Assembly: GCA_964016885.1 (NCBI GenBank)
Contig: OZ024740.1
Span: forward strand, 84,940,001 to 85,004,000
Source of the DNA: Eledone cirrhosa
Lineage: Eukaryota
Direction of reading: 5' to 3'
Length of the DNA: 64,000 nucleotides
The number at the start of each line of letters is the position of its first letter. Positions within the stretch are counted from its first letter, which is position 1. A program made the translations under genes and the position numbers. The notes under the pieces are model-generated. The model searched no databases. It was given only the letters and a program-made list of their open reading frames with translations, and was not told where the DNA came from. Below are positions 23,746-33,563 of the stretch, in pieces.

Positions 23746-26700
23746 CATCATCATCATCATCACCGTTTTACGTCCGTTCTTCCACGCTAGCATGGGTTAG
23801 ACGGGTTGTCCTGTTGTGGGCAGTGTCTGGTCGGCTGACCATGCCTTGCTCATACAGGAACTGATCTGGCTTGATTTCTACAGCTGGATGCCCTTCCTAA
23901 CACCAACCTCATTTACAGTGAGTGCTGGGTGCTTTTTCGTGGCGCCTACACGTCCACTTTACAGTGTGGGCTGGGTGCTTTTTTGCCGTGGCACCTCCAC
24001 GGCCACCTTGCGGTGGGGGGGGGGGGGGCATATTGTTTATATGCTTCAGCATGTACCCATGGGAGGTCGGGTACCCTGTATTACTGCGTGACGCCAGAAG
24101 TCACGGTCGTGTGTCATTGACTTTGAGAGGTGTAGTTGGGTAAGGTCGGCTTTTATCACCTCATCCCAAGTCATCTTGGGTCTCCCCACTCCGCGGTTTC
24201 CATCAACTTCTAGTGCTCTGCACCTTTTTATGCAGCTGTCATCCTTCATACGCATCACATGTCCATACCAGCGTAACCGCCTCTCCTGCACGCAGCATTT
24301 GATTCCTCTTATGCTCAGTCTCTCTCTCAATTCATTTATGCTTTGTCGTTCACGTATATTACTGTTACACATCCATCGGAGCATGCAGGCTTCGTTTCTC
24401 TCTAATCTACGTAAGTCTTCCACCTTCAGCGCCCAGGTCTCACTACCATGCAACATCGCTGTTCGGATACACGCATCATACAGTCTGCCTTTCATTCTGA
24501 GGGAGAAGCCTTTTGCAGCTAGCAGTGGTAGTAGTTCCCTAAACTTCTTCCATCCCGTTCTTACCCTAGTTATTGTACTTTCTGAGCACCCACCTCCGTT
24601 GCTAATTCGGTCACCTAGGTAGCAGAAGCTGTCTACTGTTTCTACAGGGCCCTCCCAGAGATTGGTGGTACTTGTTTCCTGTGGCTGTTTGCTTGCTGTT
24701 TCAGCACAGCTGCTGCATGTGAATCCTACATTCTTAATTAAGCTTCCTGAGATCCCGCTACATCTCTTGTGTACTATATATATATATAGATATATAGATA
24801 TATATATATAACGTCCATTTTCCATGTTAGCATGGGTTGTCCCATTAGAGGCAAGTTGGGTCAGGTGACCAGATCATATAGAACTGTTTCTGGCTAGGTT
24901 TCTACAGCTGGATGCCCTTCCTAATGCCGACCACATTTACAGTGTGTGCTGGGTGCTTTTTTTCATTACACCTACACAACCACTTTACAGTGTGGGCTGG
25001 GTGCTTTTTGTCGTGACACCTACATGACCACTTTACAATGTGGGCTGGATGCTTTATATATATGTATATATAAAATATTTGGTAAAGGCACTTGGTTTAG
25101 TGGCAAGAACTTTCATTTCAGCTCATGATTGTATGGTTGTGAGTTCCCAGCAGTAATTTGTGTCCTTCAGCAAACACTTTATTTCATGTTTTTCCAGTTA
25201 ATTCATCTAGCAAAATTGCCTGTAATTCAAAGGACCAGCCTAGTCACACCCAGTGTCATGCCGAATCTCCTTAAGAACAATGTTATGGATATATGTGCCT
25301 GTGGAATGCTCAGCCACTTGCACATTAATTTCACAAGCAGACTGTTCAGTTGATCAGATCAACTGGAACACTCGTCATTGGATTTAACAGATATTCAACA
25401 ACAACAGCATATAATATTTGTCATTAATAGCGATTGTTTACTTCAAAGTTTTTCAAGAACTACCAGCTTTTCAAAACAGTATTTTGAAAACCTGGTAGCC
25501 TTGGTGAAACTTTGAGGAAGATGATTACTTATAACAAATATTACATTGACTTTATATGTAGTGTATGAGTCTTTTATTCAGTGCATGTTTAATATGTTTA
25601 TCATACAAACCTATCAAACAAGCATTCTTCCCCATAGCCATGTGATATGCTTTAATTGTGACTCACTTAGTGAACTGTGAATATGCTGTATAGAGCTGAC
25701 AAAGGCTCCATAAACAATGTGGAAGGCAGCCCAATTAGTAGCTGTATAGAGCTGACAAAGGCTCCATAAACAATGTGGAAGGCAGCCCAATTAGGAGTGC
25801 TCTCACTCTAAATAAATATGGCTGTATGGGGCAGATATGGGCTCTGTAAGCCATGGAAAAGTCAGTTTAAATATATAAGACTGCATGGAGTAAATATGGG
25901 CTCCATAAACTGTGGAGCAGACATAGGCTCTGCAAGTCTTAGTGAAGGCAACTAAGGAGTGCTAGTGCAGTGGGGTCAGGTCTGATTTTATGCTGGTAGG
26001 CAAGTATTCTCCAGTACAGCACGGAACCAATTCTTACAGTCCTTTGCCATTGCTGTTGTAGGGTTCATCTTCTTAAGATTGGTCTTCCTTGCCTTCTTCC
26101 TGGGTCTCAGCCACTGAGATTTCTCTTTTGCACACTTCATCCAATTCCTTTTATTCCAAGTTTTTCTCTCAGCTTGCTTATGCTATGTCATTCATACACA
26201 CTAACATTACACATCCATATGTACATATATACTTGTGTATCATCATCATCATCATCACCGTTTTACGTCCGTTCTTCCACGCTAGCATGGGTTAGACGGG
26301 TTGTCCTGTTGTAGGCAGTGTCTGGTCAGCTGACCATGCCTTGCTCATACAGGAACTGATTTGGCTTGATTTCTACAGCTGGATGCCCTTCCTAACACCA
26401 ACCTCATTTACAGTGAGTGCTGGGTGCTTTTTCGTGGCGCCTACACGTCCACTTTACAGTGTGGGCTGGGTGCTTTTTTGCCGTGGCACCTCCACGACCA
26501 CCTTGCAGTGGGAGAGTGTGGGGGCATATTGTCTATATGCTTCAGCTTGTACCCATGGGAGGTCAGGTGCTCTGTATTACTGCGTGACGCCAGAGGTCAC
26601 GGTCGTGTCTCATCGCCTTGGAGAGGTGTAATTGGGTAAGGTCGGCTTTTATCACCTCATCCCAGGTCATCTTGGGTCTCCCCACTCCGCGGTTTCCATT

Positions 26701-27828
26701 GACTTCTAGTGCTCTGCACCTTTTTATGCAGCTGTCATCCTTCATATGCATCACATGTCCATACCAACGCAACCGCCTCTCCTGCACACAGCATTTGAAT
26801 CCTCTTATGCTCAGTCTCTCTCTCAATTCATTTATGCTTTGTCGGTCGCGTATATTACTATTACACATCCATCGGAGCATGCAGGCTTCGTTTCTCTTTA
26901 ATCTACGTAAGTCTTCCACCTTCAGTGCCCAGGTCTCACTACCATGTAACATTGCTGTTCGGATACACGCATCATACAGTCTGCCTTTCATTTTGAGGGA
27001 AAAGCCTTTTGCAGCTAGCAGTGGTAATAGCTCCCTGAACTTCTTCCATCCCGTTCTTACCCTAGTTATTGTACTTTCTGAACACCCACCTCCGCTGCTA
27101 ATTCGGTCACCTAGGTAGCAGATGCTGTCTACTGTCTCTACAGAACCCTCCCAGAGATTGGTGATACTTGTTTCCTGTGGCTGTTTGCTGCTTGCTGTCC
27201 CAGCACAGCTGCTACATTCTTAATTAAGCTTCCTGAGATCCCGCTACATCTCTTGTTGACCCATTGTTTGCATTTGGGGCAGAGAATGGAGTTCCTACCT
27301 ACACCTTTCCTACATACTGAGCAAGGCCATTTCCCTGAGGGGATCTGGGTTCTGTTTTCTCGTCTACTTACAAGGACCTTAGTCTTTACATATAAAAATG
27401 AGAAAACTCATCACTAGAACAGCCGTTAAAACAGCTAAATGCTGTCAAAGACAACAATGGGCAAAAATGTCCGAAAGACGATCCACCTTAGCTGTTTTAA
27501 TGGTTGTTCTAGCAATAAGTTTTCTCATTTTTATATATATACAACCAAATACATGCTTGCTTCATCTCGATCAGAGACAACATTGTTTTAACTATATACA
27601 CTTTTGTCTTACAGATATTTGGACAATTACAGAGATACTAAAAGTATAAAGGAAGAAGTATTAAAGGAAAAACTAAAGACATCCTCTCCTTTTAAGCCAC
27701 CCTCTCCAAGACCAATGTATCCTAACAGCTATACTCTTCCATGGAGTTGTCCAAAATGGTATCGAACAAAAATATCAAATATGAGACTTGGAAAAGGTCA
27801 ATGGCGTGATTTACATAAACATGATTAA
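9395..27828 (+). CDS. MRPL38: 39S mitochondrial ribosomal protein L38 (mL38, PEBP family); 8 coding exons, 402 aa
   Basis: Hand-spliced join(9395..9527,9856..9996,14556..14764,16525..16652,17684..17842,21740..21876,22763..22850,27615..27828) = 1209 nt with an open frame and all introns GT-AG. Motifs typical of mL38: [89 protein letters not shown]. The N-terminus is basic and presequence-like. Confidence 0.95.
9856..9996 (+). CDS. MRPL38: MRPL38 coding exon 2 (EINKKDPVLNPDINIGLP...LEQDSRLLK)
   Basis: Acceptor GCCAG|; donor T|GTAAGT; phase 1 to phase 1. Confidence 0.88.
10071..10216 (-). mobile_element. 5'-truncated HHR-family element (3' half of a hammerhead), between (TA)n tracts, in MRPL38 intron 2
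   Basis: Minus strand reads GAAA-CGGC-aaGAATTCa-GCCG-TC-GGGCC, followed by a tail homologous to 43296-43397 and 53566-53665. Confidence 0.6.
10605..11473 (+). mobile_element. Young 5'-truncated RTE LINE nested in an older RTE tail
   Basis: RTE C-terminus (KGRLYDACIRTAMLHGSETW...RRLRWYGHVMR...GRPKMTW) and a (GAT)n tail. TSD ATCTAG at 10599-10604 and 11474-11479. Confidence 0.92.
11615..13510 (+). mobile_element. Old degenerate RTE LINE ORF fragment
   Basis: Frameshifted RT (YKGKSDALERSNYRGIKL, DEMQLGF, TTDALF) through the C-terminal region. Confidence 0.88.
14556..14764 (+). CDS. MRPL38: MRPL38 coding exon 3 (LEINAEKV...[12 protein letters not shown]...GNKILPSE)
   Basis: Acceptor TTTTAG|; donor GAG|GTAAGT; overlaps ORF-track 14555..14917. 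Confidence 0.95.
15370..16005 (-). mobile_element. Degenerate RTE 3' fragment
   Basis: LRWYEHV-like motif and an RTE tail. Confidence 0.7.
16525..16652 (+). CDS. MRPL38: MRPL38 coding exon 4 (VSVEPYIK...[12 protein letters not shown]...EYLHWF)
   Basis: Acceptor TTTACAG|; donor AT|GTAAGT; PEBP motif. Confidence 0.95.
16693..16923. mobile_element. piggyBac-like MITE
   Basis: CCCTTT...AAAGGG termini with (C/T)TAA and TTAA flanks; an inverted homolog lies at 23076-23290. Confidence 0.7.
17684..17842 (+). CDS. MRPL38: MRPL38 coding exon 5 (IGNIP...[22 protein letters not shown])
   Basis: Acceptor CCTGCAG|; donor TG|GTATGT; PEBP GxHR motif. Confidence 0.95.
17862..18304. mobile_element. Tc1/mariner-type MITE carrying a nested truncated SINE (about 17890-18103)
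   Basis: TIR CAGGGTGAGTCATAAGTAAC / GTTACTTATGACTCACCCTG with a TA TSD; starts 19 nt after the end of exon 5. Confidence 0.8.
18478..19390 (-). mobile_element. CR1/L2-group LINE 3' fragment
   Basis: ERDLGITVSSDLRW..HI, LYTAMVRPHLEFASSVWNPY, TRGHAY, RKHFFTLRV; (ATT)n tail. Confidence 0.9.
19690..21480 (-). mobile_element. Old internally deleted RTE LINE including APE endonuclease remnant
   Basis: IKFGTW...VDICYVQETRWK at 21077-21298, plus degenerate RT and C-terminal pieces. Confidence 0.75.
21740..21876 (+). CDS. MRPL38: MRPL38 coding exon 6 (CKSLEERSF...[17 protein letters not shown]...HNIL)
   Basis: Acceptor TTTCTAAAG|; donor G|GTGAGT. Confidence 0.93.
22763..22850 (+). CDS. MRPL38: MRPL38 coding exon 7 (EMPEPSFEF...WPHKKPFN)
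   Basis: Acceptor CTAACTTCAG|; donor AA|GTAAGT. Confidence 0.93.
22878..23054 (-). mobile_element. tRNA-derived SINE (family A; central domain GCCTTTCATCCTTACGGGGTCGATAAAAT)
   Basis: A-box-like CAGTATCGGTAGAG, B box GAGTTCAAATCCC and an (ATT) tail. Further full or partial copies at about 3771-3877, 29265-29360, 32863-32958, 33578-33793, 35894-36072, 38633-38753, 42374-42557, 52971-53038, 53201-53373, 54300-54420, 55739-55855 and 58830-58920. Confidence 0.85.
23076..23290. mobile_element. piggyBac-like MITE
   Basis: TTAA|CCCTTT...AAAGGG|TTAA; inverted copy of 16693-16923. Confidence 0.75.
23746..24775 (-). mobile_element. Young 5'-truncated RTE LINE
   Basis: ORF 24046..24825; near-identical reverse complement of 10605-11473; (CAT)n tail next to (TA)n. 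Confidence 0.93.
25085..25410 (+). mobile_element. Degenerate tRNA/CORE-type SINE
   Basis: GGTTTAGTGG head, a TGTCCTTCAGCAAACACTTTATTTCA CORE-like segment and a (CAA)n tail. Related reverse copies at ~13700-13860, ~16970-17150 and ~46405-46640. Confidence 0.6.
25684..25793. repeat. Two-copy ~56-bp tandem duplication
   Basis: GCTGTATAGAGCTGACAAAGGCTCCATAAACAATGTGGAAGGCAGCCCAATTAG occurs twice. Confidence 0.85.
26240..27388 (-). mobile_element. 5'-truncated RTE LINE, same family as 23746-24775
   Basis: ORF 26563..26991 with the same 3' UTR and (CAT)n tail. Confidence 0.92.
27615..27828 (+). CDS. MRPL38: MRPL38 terminal coding exon 8 (KYLDNYRD...RLGKGQWRDLHKHD*)
   Basis: Acceptor TCTTACAG|; stop TAA at 27826-27828; matches ORF-track 27604..27828. 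Confidence 0.92.
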
Positions 27829-27843
27829 ATCGAAGTGTTCTTT

Positions 27844-27849
27844 AATAAA
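27844..27849 (+). terminator. Candidate polyadenylation signal of MRPL38
   Basis: AATAAA 15 nt after the stop codon, followed by a T/GT-rich tract. Confidence 0.6.
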
Positions 27850-27984
27850 TACGATAAACGTTTCTGTTAACTAACTGTTTATTTTGTATCTATTTACATC
27901 AAGAAAATAATATATTGGCCAAGTTTAGAATATTCCTGGTCAAATATAGACAACAAACATCCAAGGATAAAATATGATTATCAT

Positions 27985-28550
27985 CATGTAAATCTTGGAT
28001 ACAGTGGCATAACAGGTAGACTAACAAGAAGGGAAGATTTTGTATGTAAAAGATGCACAGGGGTAATTGAGGGAAAGAGTATCAGTGATATAAACCTTTT
28101 CCAATCACAGGAAGGATCCATTGAAGTGGTTGATAGATTCTGCTATCTAACTTAATGAGCAGTGAAGAAGAGTGCTCTGAGAGCATAGGATAGGAAGGAA
28201 GAAGTTTAGAGAACTATTCCCACTGTTGACAACAAAAGGTTTCTTCCTATGTACAAAAGGACGATTGTATGATGCCTGTGTGGAAAATGCAATGTTGCAT
28301 GGCAGTGATTGTAGAGGACATGCATAGATTGGAGAGAAATGAAGCAACCATGCTTTGTTGGATGTGCAATGTAAATATGAGGGAAAGGTAGAGTTTGGAT
28401 GAACTGAACACTCACTGTAAATGAGGTTGGTGTTAGGAAGGGCATCCAGCTGTAGAAATCAAGCCAGAATCAGTTCCCTTGCAAGCAGGGAAAACGGACG
28501 TAAAATGAAATGATGATGAGCGAGAAACTGGGTTTAAGAGTAATCTGATA
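27985..28550 (+). mobile_element. Old RTE fragment with nested SINE tail (28408-28519)
   Basis: Similar to 12900-13390; interrupted by an RTE-tail SINE fragment. Confidence 0.7.
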
Positions 28551-29387
28551 CGTGATGCACATGGTGATGATCATTTTTTTTTTAAGAGGAATAAGTAGCA
28601 AAACTGATGAGAAATGTAACCAAATTAACATATTTTAGGTTTTTCTTTGTTTTGTCATTAAATATACTAGCAGAAAAACTGTTCTTCGGGTGGTTTTCTG
28701 CTAGCATACGTAGTGTGCATATTGGTTTTATATGCAAATATATATGCTTATAGATATATGTAAATTGAAAAGTAAATTTAGAAGATTTATCGAGGGAGCA
28801 GTCATTATATATATATATCATCTTCACTGTTTTACGTCCATTCTTCCATGCTTTGCTTGTACAGAACTGATTTTTGCTTCGTTTCTACAGATGGATGCCC
28901 TTCATAACGCCATCCTCATTTACAGTGAGTACTGGGTGATTTTTGTCATAATATCTCCACAACTTTACAGTATGGACTGGGTTTTTTTTTGTTGTGACAC
29001 CTACACGACCACGTTACAGGGTGGGCTGAGTGCTTTTCATCGTCATACTTACACGACACCTATACAGTGGAAGGGTCAGGTGGGGCAGAGTATACTGTAT
29101 ATATGCTTCAGCTTCGGCCTGTGCCCATGGCAGGTCGGGTCTTCTATATTACTGCATAACGCTAGAGATCTCGGTACTGTATCATCGCCTTTTCTAGGTG
29201 CAATAGCGCAATATATATATATATATATGTGTGGTGTATATATATATATTGCCCAATTGCACCTAGTTAACCTCAGCGGGATTTAAACTCAGAATGTAAA
29301 GGGCCGTACTCTATGCTACAAACCATGTTGTCTGACGCTCTTCTGATACTGCCAATGCACCATAATTTTTTATTGAAAGTATACTGG

Positions 29388-29988
29388 AATAATAATAATA
29401 ATAATGAAATTATTGTGTAAAGTGCTCAGGTGCACTACAACTCATCAAAGGTGCATGTATAGTACATAGAATAATACACAAATGTCAGGGAAGTGAATAG
29501 TGTATGAGTCATGATATACATGTGTGTATGTGTATGGAGGGGGAACATTAGGTGTAGTGTTGGCGAATCTCGGGAAGCATGGAGGCCTTAAAGGATGCAG
29601 TGTCTCGACAGCTAACAACCGATACAGGTAGTTTGTTCCATGCTTCAGCAACTCTGAGCGTGAAAAAATGTTTCTGAAAATCATGGGAACTGTACTGTTT
29701 TCTGACTTTGTAGGCATGCCCACGTGTGTTAGACACATGGAAATCAAAAAGGTACTCAGGGTTGTTGGCAAGATGGTTAATAATTTTGTGGGTGTTTACC
29801 AAGTCAGTTGCCAGGCATCGGAGCTTCAATGTATCCATGCCCAGGGAAGCAAGGCGCTCAGAGTATGGTAGATGCCTGATGGAGGGTATTCGCTTGGTTG
29901 CATGTCTCTGAACAGTTTCCAGGCGGTCAATGTTCTGAGCAAGATAGGGGTTCCAGACTGGTGATGAAAATTCTAAGTGTGGCCTTAC
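29388..29988 (-). mobile_element. CR1/L2-group LINE 3' fragment
   Basis: ORF 29548..30021 (VRPHLEFSSPVWNPY...TRGHAYK...FFTLRV); same family as 18478-19390. Confidence 0.9.
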
Positions 29989-30162
29989 ACAATAATAATT
30001 ATTATATATATACATACACATAGGGCATCCAGCCAGAAACTCTCCTATATGAGCGAGACACAGTCACCTAATCTAACTTGCCCCTAATTGGGACTAACCC
30101 ATGCTAGCATGGATGATAGAACTTAATTGATGATGATGATGATGATGTAAATATATGTATAT

Positions 30163-30504
30163 GGAGGCACATGGCTTAGTGGTTAGAGCATTGGCCTTGC
30201 AATCGAAAGGTTGTGAGTTCAATTCTCAGACCGGGTGATGTGTTGTTTCCTTGAGCAAGACACTTTATTTCACATTGCTCCAGTTTACTCAGCTGTAGAA
30301 ATGAGATAATAGGGACTGGGGTCCATATCATTCCACTGCAAAGTGGTCGTGGAGGTACCACGGCAACAAAGCACCCAGCACTCACTGTAAATGAGGTTGG
30401 TGTTAGGAAGGGCATCCAGCTGTAGAAATCAAGCCAGAATCAGTTCCCGTCCCACCCTTGCAAACAGGGAAAAAGCGGACGTAAAATGAAATGATGTTGA
30501 TGAT
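30163..30504 (+). mobile_element. Full-length tRNA-head / CORE / RTE-tail SINE
   Basis: A box TGGCTTAGTGG, B box GAGTTCAATTCTC and CORE-like CCTTGAGCAAGACACTTTA. The 3' part is near-identical to the young RTE 3' UTR and has a (GAT)n tail. Confidence 0.8.
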
Positions 30505-30516
30505 ATATATATATAT

Positions 30517-30551
<35 letters not shown>

Positions 30552-30799
30552 CATACATACATGCATGAACATAAATATCCATATATATATACATGAACAT
30601 AAATATCCATATATAAGCAGAAGGGATATTCAATTTGTTGGTAATTCAACAAATATAAATGTTTATAACTGATTCAGAGCACTCAACAGTTTTCTGGAGT
30701 ATAATATACAATGATTTTAAATAAATGGAAACTATATTTATAAAACCATATTTATTCTATTATATATATTTCAAGGGTACCAAAATTTTTATCATCAGA

Positions 30800-32100
30800 T
30801 AAAATACGAAGTGTGTTTTATAAATTTTGACATAACCAAGGAAAATATACCTTAACTGTTCAAGTTTTCCTTGGACAGTTAAGGGATAAGAGAAGAAAAG
30901 TCAGATATTTCAAATTATTAAGATGAGTATGCAAATGAGGTTTAGGTAAAAGGGCTGAAAAAAACGTTATCTTAGACGCTATGGAAAATTTAAATAATTA
31001 TGATAAGTTTTTGTATGCGTAGGAAAGAAGAGAAAGGAAGAAGAGCTAGCATTTACGTTCATTTGGGGGGAAAAGTGGAATATGATTCCAGAGTTTATTA
31101 TGACTTATAATATTGTATATATAATCAATTAGATTATATGGAGAATTGTGGTTGTAAGTATTTTTATCTTATTATATTACGATACGTTATATGTATATAA
31201 ATATCTATACAGATTAATAATTGCGTATGTATTAGTATTATAGAGATAGACATAATTTACAATTATTAGTTGTTTATATATCAAATATGAGTTACGAAGG
31301 AGTTGATTTTGTATTTTACTTAAAAAATAGGTGGTTCAAGTTGTGAGAGTAGAACAATTTGTGGATTCAAAAATTTAGTTCAACATTGAAAATGTTTTCA
31401 GAATATTGTTAATTTAGCGAAGCTATACAGATTATCAAACATAATATGTTTATGTTTGCACGATTGGGAAAGGAAAGATAACTCCAATTTTGTTTGTTAA
31501 CCGTTAAATTTGATGAGTGATTTACTCCAAAATATATAGAGAAAATTATATATTGTTTTGTGTGAGATCAATTATTTTAGTTGAAAGTTGTGTGAATTTT
31601 TGAATGACAAAAAGAAAGGAAAAACGTAATGTGCTTTTCGAAGATCTATCGTAGAGAGGATAATTTTTCAGAATGTCATTCAGATTATCAATCTACATCT
31701 AAAAAAAATGCGTTATACACACACTATCCAGTTTTTTAATTATATTTAGAAGTGATCAGGATACTAATTTCTTCATCCGCTGATGAGCTAGGACTTTGGT
31801 ATTCCTCTTCACAAATAATATTGCGAAACAGTACTATCAAAACTGTCCGGGTGATCGGTAGTTACCACAATTCTGGTTTGTATTTATTTTTCTTGATTTA
31901 TTCTTAAATTGAGTCTAGCAAACCCTATTGTCTGTAGTTAGTATTTTTTTCACTTTAGCGATTCTGGTCCATTACGATTTGAACACATATATGTATATGT
32001 CTGTGTTCGTTTTTCTTTTTTGTTCAGTTATACTATACGGCTCGTAAAAACCTCTTTCCTAGAGCTAATTTACTTTAATGAGACTATTTTGAGTTTCTAA
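30800..32100 (+). mobile_element. Highly decayed Penelope-like 3' end (tentative) carrying a hammerhead
   Basis: Frameshifted RVEQ.WIQKFSSTL at ~31347-31392 resembles a GIY-YIG C-terminus; the HHR lies downstream. Boundaries are approximate. Confidence 0.4.
31773..31854 (+). ncRNA. Type I hammerhead ribozyme with enlarged loop II
   Basis: TCATCCG-CTGATGA(31780-31786)-GC-(34-nt loop)-GC-GAAA(31825-31828)-CAGT-actatcaaa-ACTG-TC-CGGGTGA. Helix I is 7 bp; cleavage triplet GUC at 31845-31847. Confidence 0.78.
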
Positions 32101-32296
32101 TTCAATACATGCCTTTGATATATATATAATGTGGGCTCGACTCCCATGTACGTCAATACTCATCTTTTTTTATTATCATGTTCCCCACCACCACCCCACT
32201 CTCAAGAGCGTGAAATTAATAAATATTTGTTTGTACTGCCTCTCTGTTTTGTTCCCGTTCAATTTTTCATTATATATATATATATATATATACATA

Positions 32297-32350
<54 letters not shown>

Positions 32351-33563
32351 TATTTCATCATCATCATCAAAACTGTTTTACGACCATTCTTCCATGCTAG
32401 TATGGGTTAGACGAGTTATCCTGTTATAGGCAATACTAGGCCAGGTGACCAGGCTTTGCTGATACAGGACTGATTTTTGCTTGGTTCTACAGCTGGATCC
32501 CTTTCATAACGCCATCCTCATTTACAGTGAGTACTGGGTGTTTTTTGTCGTAATACCTCCACGACAACTTTACAGTATTGACTGGGTGTTTATTGTTGTG
32601 ACACCTACACGGCCACTTTACAGTGTGGGCTGGGTGTTTTTCATCGTCACACTTACACACGACCCTATGCAATAGAAGGGTCGGGTGGGGCAGGGTATAC
32701 TGTATATATGCTTCAGCTTCGGCCTGTGCCAATGGCAGGTCGGGTCTTCTGTATTACTGCATAACGCCAGAGATCTCGGTACTGTATCATCACGTTTTAG
32801 AGGTGCAATATATATGTGTGTGTGTGTGTTGCCAAATTTCACCTCTCAATTGCGATGACAGAGTTAACCTCAGCGGGATTTAAACTCAGAATGTAAAGGG
32901 CCGTAACTCTATGCGGCGAAGCATGTTGTCCGGCGCTCTACCGATACTACCAATCCACCATAATTTTTTATTGAAAGTATACTGGAATAATGTTTTTTTG
33001 GTTCGTCATTAAAATAAATAAAACATAGATTTGGGTTCTCTTTCTATCATTATAGAATATAATACAATGTATGATTTGAAGGAGATTTGGCTGTTGTGTC
33101 TAACATTTACTTTTATATAAATTTCAATGTTCGGCTGCCGTTTCTAGCATTTTTGTTAACTATTTAGATGTCCACAAGCAATGTCGAAAGTTTCCTATTT
33201 ACTTCCCTTTGATCGTGATATTTACCTAGGTTTTCTAAAATAGTAACATCACTTAATTTCTTCATAACTTCATAATAATTCTTATATGTTGCTGCAATTT
33301 TATAGACATACTTATTAAAGTGTAGAGATACATATTAAAGATGACAGGACTGGAAAGTAATATATAAATTTAAAGTAGATTTGACCAGGACTAGTATATG
33401 TGATTAAAGGTATATTTCTATGGTATTCTTCTCATTTTATCACAAATTAAATGTATCTGTGTTTAGAGAGAGATTTCTTTGCTTCTGCAAGCATTACCTA
33501 AGTCTCAAGAAAAACATATTTCACTGGTGTTGCCGTAATTTCACAGAACTGTGTGGTTTGTAA

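Noticed and set aside
30163-30240. tRNA gene (also at 46890-46967 and the family A SINE heads)
   Set aside because: A and B boxes are present, but there is no proper cloverleaf and the sequence continues into SINE body and tail.
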